Assembly (NCBI GenBank): GCA_958295955.1
Contig: OY282420.1
Location: forward strand, 4,233,063-4,297,062
Direction: 5' to 3'
Origin: an uncultured Bryobacterales bacterium
GTDB lineage: Bacteria > Acidobacteriota > Terriglobia > Bryobacterales > UBA6623
Length of the DNA: 64,000 nt
This document shows positions 12,376 through 20,361 of the stretch, one piece after another. The translations under genes and the position numbers were made by a program. The notes under the pieces were generated by a model. That model was not told the origin of the DNA. It ran no database searches and was given only the letters and a program-made list of their open reading frames with translations. Each line of letters starts with the position of its first letter. Position 1 is the stretch's first letter.

Positions 12376-13788
12376 TCAACGGTCTTGGGATGTTCGTTGC
12401 GCAAAGCAGTAGAGCCACTCGGTCGTGCGCACGAAAATTTTGCCGTCGGACAGCGCCGGCGTGGCGAAGATCCCGCCTTCGAGGGCGTTGACTGCCAGCG
12501 TCTCCCACTCTCCGCCGGCCTTCAGCACGGAGACGTTGCCGGTTTCGCCGGCCGTGAAAATTTTCCCATCGGCGGCTACCGGAGACGCGGAGTAAGGGTC
12601 GATCGCGCCGCGCAGGCGGCCCTGCTTCAGCATCCGCCCGGTCTCGGCATCCATGGCGGTGAAAATGCCGCCGTTCTTTACGAAATACAGAATGCCTTCG
12701 TAGATCAGCGGCGACGGAATGACGCCCTGGAAGCTCCGCTCGTAGCGCCAGAGCTCCTCGGCTTGCACGCTGCCGTTCGCGGCGCCTTTGAGACGTATGG
12801 CCGACAGGCGCGACGGGCCGCCGTAAGTGTTCTTGACGACGTCCCATTCCTCTCTGGCGATGATGCCGTCCCGGTTGCCGCGGAACTTGGCGATTCCGGT
12901 GAAGAACGAATCTTTGTATTCGCCGGCCGCGAGCAGACCGTCGCCGTTTGCGTCGCGGGTGGAGAGCAGTTTGTCGAAGCTGCTGGGAGTGGCGATGTTG
13001 TAGCCGTAGGCGATGAGCAGGTCGTCTTCCAATACGGGGCTGGCGACGATGTACCCGCCCAGCTTGAACTCGTTGAGCGTCCGCTTCCCCGAGCGGATTT
13101 CGTGCGCGCCGAAGAGTCCGTCGCCCACCGTCAGCAGGTGCGGCGTCCGGCCGTCTTGCCGGTAGACGATCGGCGTCGCCCAGCCTTCGTGCTCGCCGCG
13201 GGTCGTCTTCCAGATCGTTTCGCCGTCGGCTGCGTCGAAGGCGGCGATGTACGAGTCCACGGCCTGGTCGATCTGCAGCACGATTCGGCCGTCGAAGAAA
13301 ATCGGCGAGGCGCCGATGCCCTGGTTGTTGCTGAACGGGCCGAGCGGCGTTTTCCAGCGCAGATTGCCCGCGGCGTCGTAGGAGACCAGCCCCCAATCTT
13401 CGAAAAAGGCATAGACGTTTTCACCGTCGGTGACGGGAGACCCCGCCGCGGGCTCGTTGAGCGGGTGGTTGAAGGCTTGCCGCGGGCGGTCGATGGATTT
13501 TTCCCAGAGCAGCTTGCCGTTCTTGCGGTCGTAGCAGTGCGTAAACAGCCTGTCGTCCGTTGCCGACGTGAGGAACACGCGGCGCTCATTGAGCACCGGA
13601 GAGGATTTGCCCTGTGGAACTCTTGTTTTCCACAGCAGATTCCGCGCCGGTCCGAACGCGGTCGGGAAGCCGGCGTCCGCGGAAACGCCGGAGCCGTTGG
13701 GTCCGCGGAATCTGCTCCACTGCTCGGCTTGGACCGGCGTCAGAGACGCCAAGGCGGCTGCCAACAGAAACAGAACGGCGCGCATCAT
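12376..13788 (-). CDS. Secreted PQQ-like beta-propeller repeat protein with an inserted EF-hand-like pair
   Basis: Signal peptide MMRAVLFLLAAALASLTPVQA. Repeated beta-propeller blade motifs (SSPV, GKLLWE, DGETIWK, SPALSDGKIFV). Internal DANGDGLLAAGE matches the 12-residue EF-hand loop. Confidence 0.8.
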   Translation of the reverse strand: MMRAVLFLLAAALASLTPVQAEQWSRFRGPNGSGVSADAGFPTAFGPARNLLWKTRVPQGKSSPVLNERRVFLTSATDDRLFTHCYDRKNGKLLWEKSIDRPRQAFNHPLNEPAAGSPVTDGENVYAFFEDWGLVSYDAAGNLRWKTPLGPFSNNQGIGASPIFFDGRIVLQIDQAVDSYIAAFDAADGETIWKTTRGEHEGWATPIVYRQDGRTPHLLTVGDGLFGAHEIRSGKRTLNEFKLGGYIVASPVLEDDLLIAYGYNIATPSSFDKLLSTRDANGDGLLAAGEYKDSFFTGIAKFRGNRDGIIAREEWDVVKNTYGGPSRLSAIRLKGAANGSVQAEELWRYERSFQGVIPSPLIYEGILYFVKNGGIFTAMDAETGRMLKQGRLRGAIDPYSASPVAADGKIFTAGETGNVSVLKAGGEWETLAVNALEGGIFATPALSDGKIFVRTTEWLYCFAQRTSQDR

Positions 13789-13816
13789 GATGAGACGATT
13801 CTACTCCCTAACCGCT

Positions 13817-14275
13817 CTACGGCAGGTTCTGGAAATGAGTGAAGTTGATCGCGGACTCCTCTCCCTTTGCAAACGCAGCGCTGAAAAGATCGAGATCCAC
13901 GGTGATCAGCGGCCTTTCCGCCGAGACAACCTCTAGCAGCGCGGCGTCGGTTAACCCAAGCCGCAAGAATGAACTGTTGTGCGCCGCGGTCGCACTGGCG
14001 ACGACGATCTCCTCGCTTTGTTCAATGAGGAATCGCAGCCGGTCGCGAAAGCGGGCGTCTCGGGGTTGCTTGAGCAGATTGGATGTTTCGGTAAGCGTAT
14101 TCGGCGTAACGAACACGCGGCTTCCCCGCGCCTCGATCATATCGAGCAGACAGTCGTAATCGTCCGTGGTGAATGTTCGCGTCCGGCGATGTCTCTCAAT
14201 TGACTTTCGATCTTCTGAGCCGACGACAAGCAGAACGAGCAGATTCGTGTCGATGAATGCTCCGCAGGGGCTCAT
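13817..14275 (-). CDS. PIN domain protein (putative toxin ribonuclease)
   Basis: 152 aa with the expected acidic PIN positions: FIDTN (N-terminal Asp), TPNTLTETSNL, LGLTDAAL, ITVDLDL. The start overlaps the upstream small ORF stop by 1 nt. Confidence 0.7.
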   Translation of the reverse strand: MSPCGAFIDTNLLVLLVVGSEDRKSIERHRRTRTFTTDDYDCLLDMIEARGSRVFVTPNTLTETSNLLKQPRDARFRDRLRFLIEQSEEIVVASATAAHNSSFLRLGLTDAALLEVVSAERPLITVDLDLFSAAFAKGEESAINFTHFQNLP

Positions 14276-14553
14276 CAGTTCAACGCGTCGGACAGCGTGC
14301 GATGGGTCATGGATACGACGCGGCCGTTACGGTCGTCGATTTGAACAACCTTGAAAGATCGTCGTCCGACGGTGAAGCCCTGGTTCCATGACCGAGAAAA
14401 GCCGATGGTCACTTTCCAGGCATGTTTCGTATCGTCGAATACGACCTCTTCAAGACCTACGCTGGTGATGCGTTCGTCTTCATTGATAAACAGATCTTCG
14501 ATGTATTGCTTCGCCGTTCGCACGGCTTCTTTCACGTCCATGCGGACCTCCAC
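14275..14553 (-). CDS. Small hypothetical protein upstream of PIN (candidate antitoxin, no recognisable DNA-binding motif)
   Basis: 92 aa, MEVRMDVKEAVRTAKQYIEDLFINEDERITSVGLEEVVFDD.... Shares a 1-nt overlap (TGATG) with the PIN gene. The region is lower in GC than its neighbours. Confidence 0.5.
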   Translation of the reverse strand: MEVRMDVKEAVRTAKQYIEDLFINEDERITSVGLEEVVFDDTKHAWKVTIGFSRSWNQGFTVGRRSFKVVQIDDRNGRVVSMTHRTLSDALN

Positions 14554-14701
14554 CTCCGGGATGCTTGCGACCTGTCCCGGGAATCGATGCGTGAACGGAT
14601 AACGATGTCAAGATCGTTCGTCTCTCGGGTTTGCCGCATGCCTGAGATTGTGGCAAGCGTTCCCATCTCATCCTTCCGGCAATCATTAAAGCATGATTCT
14701 G

Positions 14702-14727
14702 CTTCCGACGCCGCGCGGCGTCGGAAG
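14702..14727 (-). terminator. Perfect 11-bp stem hairpin about 30 nt downstream of the SPFH gene stop
   Basis: CTTCCGACGCC-gcgc-GGCGTCGGAAG read directly. No clean U-tract follows on the minus strand, so terminator function is uncertain. Confidence 0.35.
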
Positions 14728-14757
14728 CGTCTCGGCGGGGCTTGCGGCTTGCCCGCC

Positions 14758-15585
14758 TCAGTTGCCGATCGATTTGAGATCGATGAAGGGCACCGCGCCG
14801 CCGCTGACCTGCGGCAAGACGCCGTTCCATTTTTCGATGGCGCGCAGTTGCAGCAGCGTGTCGGTGATCGTTTCACGCTGCAGTCTCTGCGCCTCGGCTT
14901 CGGCTTGGGCGGAGGTGATCTTCTGTTCCGCCTCGATCTTGATGCGCTCCAGGTCGCGCTGGGCCTTCAGGGCGGCCTGCTCGGCGGTCTGCTTCGATTC
15001 GATGGCCACGTTGAAGACGTCCGAGAAGGTAAAGTCGACGATATTGAACTCGTCCACCAGGATGTTGTGCGCCAGCAGACGATCCGCGAGCGAGCCCTTG
15101 ATTTGCGTTGAAACTTCAGCGCGGCGGGTGATCAATTCCTCGGCTGTGAACTGCGCGGTCGACGCCTTGACGGCTTCCTGCACCGCGGGGTCGATGAGCC
15201 GTTCCTTGAAGCTGAGCCCGACATCCTGATAGATCGCCGAAGCCCGGTCGGGGGTGATGTGGTAGTTGATCGCGATGCGCGAATGAACCGTCTGGAGATC
15301 TTTTGACGATGCCGAGGCGTCCGTCTCCGATTTTTGGATCTTCACGTCCATGGCGATGATGTCTTGAACGAAGGGTATTTTGAACTGCAAGCCCTCCCCG
15401 CGCACGCCCTCTTGAACGCCGCCCAGCTTGGAGAATACGACGCCTCGCTCGCCGGCGCCGACGACTTCGAAGCCGTTCAGCAGCAAAATGACGATGGCGA
15501 GGAGGCCGGCCAGCCGGCCGATGGTCCCGATTCTGAATCCTCCCAAAGCGTCGGATATGTCGGTGAACTGCGAATTTCTTGCCAT
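14758..15585 (-). CDS. SPFH/band-7 (prohibitin-like) membrane protein
   Basis: N-terminal TM helix GRLAGLLAIVILLL followed by GERGVVFSKLGGV...GLQFKIPFVQDI...DLQTV...I.YHI and a coiled-coil AEQAALKAQRDLERIKIEAEQK. AAGGAG precedes ATG (complement 15583-15585). Confidence 0.85.
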   Translation of the reverse strand: MARNSQFTDISDALGGFRIGTIGRLAGLLAIVILLLNGFEVVGAGERGVVFSKLGGVQEGVRGEGLQFKIPFVQDIIAMDVKIQKSETDASASSKDLQTVHSRIAINYHITPDRASAIYQDVGLSFKERLIDPAVQEAVKASTAQFTAEELITRRAEVSTQIKGSLADRLLAHNILVDEFNIVDFTFSDVFNVAIESKQTAEQAALKAQRDLERIKIEAEQKITSAQAEAEAQRLQRETITDTLLQLRAIEKWNGVLPQVSGGAVPFIDLKSIGN

Positions 15586-15705
15586 GATGGCGTTCTCCTT
15601 CTTGGATGTGCGGTCAGGGATGCCGTCTTCTTCCTCAGCGAGCCGGCCGCTCCGCCGCATCGAGCTCTCTCGTACCCATCATGGCACACGGACCGCCGCC
15701 GGCCC

Positions 15706-16398
15706 CTATTCGAGGAATGTCGCAAAAGCGTCGACGGGCTCGCGCTCGGTGCGCAGAGTGTTCTCGATTTTGGCATTGTCGGCGTAGCCCATCGACATGC
15801 CGCAGACGAAAGTTTCGTTTTCCGGCATTTTCAGGTACTCGCGGATGATGCGGTGGAACGGCGTGAAGGCGGCCTGCGGACAGGTGTCCAGCCCGCGGCC
15901 CCTGGCCGCGACCATGATGTTTTGCAGGAACATCCCGTAGTCGAGCCAGCTTCCCTTTTCGAGTACGCGGTCGATGGCGAACATGAGCCCTACCGGGGCG
16001 TCGAAAAACTTGTAGTTGCGCGAGTGCTGGGCATGCATCTTTGCCTTTTCGCCCTTCTGAATGCCCAATAGGCCGTAGAGGTCCCAGCCGATCTTGCGCC
16101 GCCGCTCGATAAAAGGAGAGGTCCATTTGGTCGGGTAGTAGGCGTATTCCTGTTTGTGCTTTGCCGCTTCTTCGGGGTCGTTGTACGCGGCGGAGATGCG
16201 CTGCGAGAGCGCGTCTTTGGCCGCGCCGCGCAGGACGTAAACGCGCCACGGCTGCGTGTTGGTCCCCGACGGCGCGCGGGCCGCCGATTCGAGAATCGCG
16301 CGGATCGTTTCCTCGGGAACCGGCGTCGGCAAGAAGGCGCGCACGGAGCGGCGGGAGCGGATCGCCCGATCGACGGGGTTGAGCTCGTTGGCGTCCAT
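15706..16398 (-). CDS. Nitroreductase family protein
   Basis: RRSVRAFLPTPVPEETIRAILESAARAPSGTNTQPWRVYVL is the classic nitroreductase N-terminal signature. 230 aa. Confidence 0.85.
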   Translation of the reverse strand: MDANELNPVDRAIRSRRSVRAFLPTPVPEETIRAILESAARAPSGTNTQPWRVYVLRGAAKDALSQRISAAYNDPEEAAKHKQEYAYYPTKWTSPFIERRRKIGWDLYGLLGIQKGEKAKMHAQHSRNYKFFDAPVGLMFAIDRVLEKGSWLDYGMFLQNIMVAARGRGLDTCPQAAFTPFHRIIREYLKMPENETFVCGMSMGYADNAKIENTLRTEREPVDAFATFLE

Positions 16399-16438
16399 CG
16401 CACCAATCTAGCAATCCGCGGGGCTTCCACGCGGACTG

Positions 16439-16834
16439 CTACGGCGTCCAATAGCCGGTGTAGAGGCCGGTCAGCAGGCCGGCCAAGGCGCCCGCGGCCG
16501 GAAAAGCGAGAAAAACGAGCAGGATTCGCGAGCGCGTGAGGGGGCCGGGCCAAAAAGTCGGCCCCGCTTGGGCGACGACCACGGCGCCGAACGCCGCGCT
16601 GCCGTAGCGCCCGCGCTCGATGCACCAGGGGCAGTGCGGCGGACTCGCGTTCTTGATGTTGCAATGCTCGGCCGCTCCCGCCCAAAGCGATCGGCAGCCG
16701 CAGTCGAAGATGAAATCGCACCAGTCGATGAAGAAGACGTAGGCAACCCCCGAGGCTGCGGCGAAGACGGCGATCTTGGCCCACGAGATGCGTTTCCCGA
16801 GGGGCGCGGCGGCGTTTGTTTTGTCCGGCGGCAT
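16439..16834 (-). CDS. Small Cys-rich integral membrane protein (3 TM, 6 Cys in first loop)
   Basis: 131 aa. TM helices AKIAVFAAASGVAYVFFI, AAFGAVVVAQ and ILLVFLAFPAAGALAGLLTGLY. Loop sequence WCDFIFDCGCRSLWAGAAEHCNIKNASPPHCPWC. Family not recognised. Confidence 0.5.
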   Translation of the reverse strand: MPPDKTNAAAPLGKRISWAKIAVFAAASGVAYVFFIDWCDFIFDCGCRSLWAGAAEHCNIKNASPPHCPWCIERGRYGSAAFGAVVVAQAGPTFWPGPLTRSRILLVFLAFPAAGALAGLLTGLYTGYWTP

Positions 16835-16869
16835 GTCGATTATTATGAAGTTGCTGCGGCGGGTACGCT

Positions 16870-17793
16870 TTGACGGCGCGCATATTTCTTCTCGGTCTCG
16901 CTTTCTTCGCCGCTTTGCCGGCCCAGCAGACCGTTTCCGGCGGCTACATCGGCAGCGGGACGTGCCGCCTGTGCCATCCCGATACCGCGCAGGGCTTCAA
17001 CCGCAACCCGCATTTCCGGTTACCGGCCTTGACGCCGGAGGCGCCGGGCGGGACCGCTTGCGAGGACTGCCACGGGCCGGGCCGCGAGCACTTCGAAGGC
17101 AAAGGCGACAAGACGAAGATCGTGCGCTTTCCCCTGCAGGCGGCGGCTGACGTGATCGACCGCTGCTTGCGCTGCCACGCCAAGGACATCGGCAAGATGG
17201 AGTTTCGCCGCTCGTCCCATGCAACCGCCGAGATCGGCTGCGTGAGTTGCCACAAGATACACCAGGCGCCGGAGATCGGGCCGCTGTTGCATGCCGCCGA
17301 GCGGGATACCTGCTACGGCTGTCACGCCGCAATTCGGGCGCGCTTCGATCTGCCCTTCAAGCACCGGGTCAATGAAGGGGCGATGCGCTGCAGCGACTGC
17401 CACAACCCGCACGGCGCGCCGCAGGCGACGTGGGGCGGGTCCCCCTCGACGGCGATGGTGCGGCATGCCTTCGGCAACGATACCGTCTGCACGGGCTGTC
17501 ATGCGGACAAGCGCGGACCGTTCGTTTACGAACACGAGCCGGTAAGAGTGGAGGGCTGCGCGAGTTGCCACAATCCGCACGGCTCGACGAACGCGCGGTT
17601 GTTGAACCGTCCGGCGGTTTTCACGATGTGCCTCGAATGCCACAACAACGTCATCGGGTTCGGCCCGCGGGAAACGGGCATCCCCGCTCCCGGAGCGAGC
17701 TTTCATAACCTGCGCGAGCCGCGGTTTCAGAACTGCGTGACCTGCCATGCGCGCATCCACGGCTCGAATGCCGATGCGCTGTTCCGGCGATGA
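16870..17793 (+). CDS. Periplasmic decaheme c-type cytochrome (MtrA/DmsE/PioA-like)
   Basis: 307 aa with signal peptide and exactly ten CXXCH motifs: CRLCH, CEDCH, CLRCH, CVSCH, CYGCH, CSDCH, CTGCH, CASCH, CLECH, CVTCH. TTG start. Confidence 0.9.
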   Translation: MTARIFLLGLAFFAALPAQQTVSGGYIGSGTCRLCHPDTAQGFNRNPHFRLPALTPEAPGGTACEDCHGPGREHFEGKGDKTKIVRFPLQAAADVIDRCLRCHAKDIGKMEFRRSSHATAEIGCVSCHKIHQAPEIGPLLHAAERDTCYGCHAAIRARFDLPFKHRVNEGAMRCSDCHNPHGAPQATWGGSPSTAMVRHAFGNDTVCTGCHADKRGPFVYEHEPVRVEGCASCHNPHGSTNARLLNRPAVFTMCLECHNNVIGFGPRETGIPAPGASFHNLREPRFQNCVTCHARIHGSNADALFRR

Positions 17794-19817
17794 ATGCGTT
17801 GCGGTCGGTTGCGGCGTTTTTGGCGGCGGCGGGAGCCTTGGCGGCCCAGCCGGTCGTGGCGCCGACGCCGGACCGGCCGAGCGATCTGCTCACGCTCGAC
17901 GACTTTACCGTCACCAACTCGTTCGAGGTCGGCTACCGCTTCAGCAGCGTCGGCGGCAACCGCGACGTTTACCGTTCGGCGGTGAACTACGGCAACGGAA
18001 TCCGCTTGCTCGAAGGCGAGTTGCGCATGAACTCGAAGGACGGCCGCGGCGCTTTCTTCGACGAGCTCGCCTGGCGCACGACCGGCGCCGGCGGAGACCC
18101 GTATCAGGCGTCCACGCTGACCGTCGAGAAAAACAGGCTTTGGCGGTACGACATGCGCTTGCGGATCGTCAATTACTTCAACCGCTTGCCGAGTCTCTGG
18201 AACGGCGAGCACGGACTCGATTCCGAACGCATCCTGCAAGCGCATGACCTGACGCTGCTGCCGGGACGCCGGGTCGAGGTCTTCCTGGGCTACGAGCGCA
18301 ACAACCGCAACGGTCCCGGGTTCTCGTCGGAAGCGGCCGGCGACCTGCCCGGCTTGGGCCGCGAGAACTTTTTGCGCTACGAAACGAACCTGCGGCAAGT
18401 CAACAATCGCTATCGGGCGGGCGTCAACTTCAGCGCCGGCGGCATGGCGTTCACCTTCGCGCAGGCGTTCGATAACTACAAGGAAGACACCGAGTACCGC
18501 GATGCTTCGCTGGGGCCGGGCTTGACGGCGGATGCCGGGTTGCGCGACCGGGTTGCGCGGGCGGAGCCGTTTCACGGCAATACGCCGGTTACGTCGATTC
18601 ACGCAAGAACCGAAAACGAGGGGAAGGTCGGTTTTCACGGCCGCTGGGTTTACTCCTCGGGCAACCGCAACGCCATACTCAGCCGGACACTGGCCGCTGC
18701 GTCCGCATTGCCGGCGACCGCGCGGCAGACGTTCGTTTTGGGCGGCGCCTCGCGCAAGCAGGGCACGGGCGATTTCACGGCGCTGTGGATGCCCTCGCCG
18801 CAGCTCACCGTATCCAATACGACTTCGATCGACAATACGCGCATTCACGGAGGCTCGTCGTTCCTTGAGGTCGGCCTGTTCACGAACGAGTTGCTGACCT
18901 TCGAGCATCTGGGGATTCGCCGCATCGCGAACGCGAGCGAGGCGAATTACCGCCTCTCGCGGCGCATCGGCTTCCACGGTGCCTACCGTCTCATGAAGCG
19001 GCGCATCCGTTCCGAACGGGCGTTCGAATTTCCCGGCGGATCGTTCGGCGTGCCGCTGCAAGGGCAGGATAACGCAATCGGCTCAGGCGCGGGTGGAGTG
19101 CGGCTGATGCCGGTTGCGGGTCTGCGCATTTCATTCGACGCCGAAGTCGGCCGCGCGGACCGTCCGCTGACCCCCGTCAGCGACCGCAAGTTCCACAACG
19201 AATCGGCCCGCGTGCAATGGCGCCGGAAAAATCTGTTGCTGAGCGGGCGCTTCAAGAGCCGGGTCAACGCCAACCCCGCGAGCCCGATCGACTATTCTTC
19301 GGCCGGCCGGAGTTGGGGTTTTTCCGGTTCATGGTCGGATGCCGCAGCGCGCCTCACGCTGGATGCCGGCTACATCAAGATCGGCCTGAAGACGACCGCC
19401 GGCATCTATAATTTTTTCGATCTCGGGCGCGGCGCGGCGCCGGCGCGGGCGCTCTACGCGAGCAATCTGCACACGGTGAATTTTGGGGCGCGGATTGCGG
19501 CGCACGAGCGGCTGACGCTGTACGCCGGCTATGCGCTGAGCAAGGACACGGCCGACGGTTCCGCCGCCGCGAGTTTCCCGGACCGGTTTACCCCCGCCTA
19601 TCCGAACTTTCGCTTCGAGCACGGCAAGACGTCGAATTTCTACAACAGCTTCCCCTTGACCTACCACGCGCCGCAGGCGCGGGTTTCGCTGAAAGTGCGC
19701 GGCGGGCTGGAGTGGAACGCCGGCTGGCAATATTACGGCTACGGCGAGCGCTTTACGGCCTTGCAGGGCTACCGCGCGCACGTCGGCTATACGAGCTTGC
19801 GCTTGAGCTTCCGGTAG
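17790..19817 (+). CDS. Large outer-membrane beta-barrel protein (MtrB/PioB-like by context)
   Basis: 675 aa with signal peptide MNALRSVAAFLAAAGALAAQP. Rich in Y/G/N/R/S with alternating-hydrophobic strand patterns (LTLYAGYALSKD, HVGYTSLRLSF). ATG overlaps the cytochrome TGA (ATGA). I did not recognise the family from sequence alone. Confidence 0.65.
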   Translation: MNALRSVAAFLAAAGALAAQPVVAPTPDRPSDLLTLDDFTVTNSFEVGYRFSSVGGNRDVYRSAVNYGNGIRLLEGELRMNSKDGRGAFFDELAWRTTGAGGDPYQASTLTVEKNRLWRYDMRLRIVNYFNRLPSLWNGEHGLDSERILQAHDLTLLPGRRVEVFLGYERNNRNGPGFSSEAAGDLPGLGRENFLRYETNLRQVNNRYRAGVNFSAGGMAFTFAQAFDNYKEDTEYRDASLGPGLTADAGLRDRVARAEPFHGNTPVTSIHARTENEGKVGFHGRWVYSSGNRNAILSRTLAAASALPATARQTFVLGGASRKQGTGDFTALWMPSPQLTVSNTTSIDNTRIHGGSSFLEVGLFTNELLTFEHLGIRRIANASEANYRLSRRIGFHGAYRLMKRRIRSERAFEFPGGSFGVPLQGQDNAIGSGAGGVRLMPVAGLRISFDAEVGRADRPLTPVSDRKFHNESARVQWRRKNLLLSGRFKSRVNANPASPIDYSSAGRSWGFSGSWSDAAARLTLDAGYIKIGLKTTAGIYNFFDLGRGAAPARALYASNLHTVNFGARIAAHERLTLYAGYALSKDTADGSAAASFPDRFTPAYPNFRFEHGKTSNFYNSFPLTYHAPQARVSLKVRGGLEWNAGWQYYGYGERFTALQGYRAHVGYTSLRLSFR

Positions 19818-19927
19818 CTTCCGTTCAGGTTTTGGTCTTCAGGTACAGCCCGACTCAAGTTTTCCCCTGGGCTGGTATCATTGCAAAGGCGCGGCGGTAC
19901 GGAACCGCGAAGTGCGAGGAGGATGAC

Positions 19928-20332
19928 ATGACCGGAATAATGATGACGACTGTCGTCGCACTGCTATCGGCAGCTTGGGTATTCCCTGCGACGGCCCGGG
20001 CATCGGATCATGACCGCTCAGGATGTATGTCTGACAAAGTCGCAGTGATCCGATGCGAGACGGGTTCGGATGGAAGCATCAAGGTGCGCAACTCGAGCGT
20101 GACCGGCGCCACCGGGGTGACGATCCAACGGGGGGACAGGTGCGCCGCGGCGGTGTCGAGCCTGCTCCGAGCGGGCTTGATGTTATCGCACAGCCCAAAA
20201 GTGACGACCGGTTCCTTGATGCCCGATGAAGTGAGTTTCAACTTCGTTTTCCTGCCCTGTTACTACGATGACTACGATGATGGCTACGCCGAAGATGACG
20301 ATGATGACGATGACGACGATGACGACAGTTGA
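19928..20332 (+). CDS. Small secreted protein with 4 Cys and a poly-Asp C-terminal tail
   Basis: 134 aa. GAGGAGGA Shine-Dalgarno lies 4 nt before ATG 19928. Signal peptide MTGIMMTTVVALLSAAWVFPATARA. Ends in YYDDYDDGYAEDDDDDDDDDDDS. Locally lower GC. Confidence 0.55.
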   Translation: MTGIMMTTVVALLSAAWVFPATARASDHDRSGCMSDKVAVIRCETGSDGSIKVRNSSVTGATGVTIQRGDRCAAAVSSLLRAGLMLSHSPKVTTGSLMPDEVSFNFVFLPCYYDDYDDGYAEDDDDDDDDDDDS

Positions 20333-20361
20333 TTTTTGGGGTGGGTTAAAATAGCGGCGTT

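Noticed and set aside
19873-19884. Sigma-54-like TGG...TGC element (cTGGtatcatTGCa) upstream of the poly-Asp protein gene
   Set aside because: The GG to GC offset is 9 nt, against 12 nt in the TGGCAC-N5-TTGC consensus, so the spacing is incompatible.
20284-20330. Poly-Ser run (SSSSSSSSSSS) at the end of the minus-strand ORF 20284-21855
   Set aside because: It is simply the reverse-complement reading of the GAT/GAC poly-Asp codons. The plus-strand gene has a Shine-Dalgarno and a signal peptide, whereas the minus ORF is antisense to the arylsulfatase.
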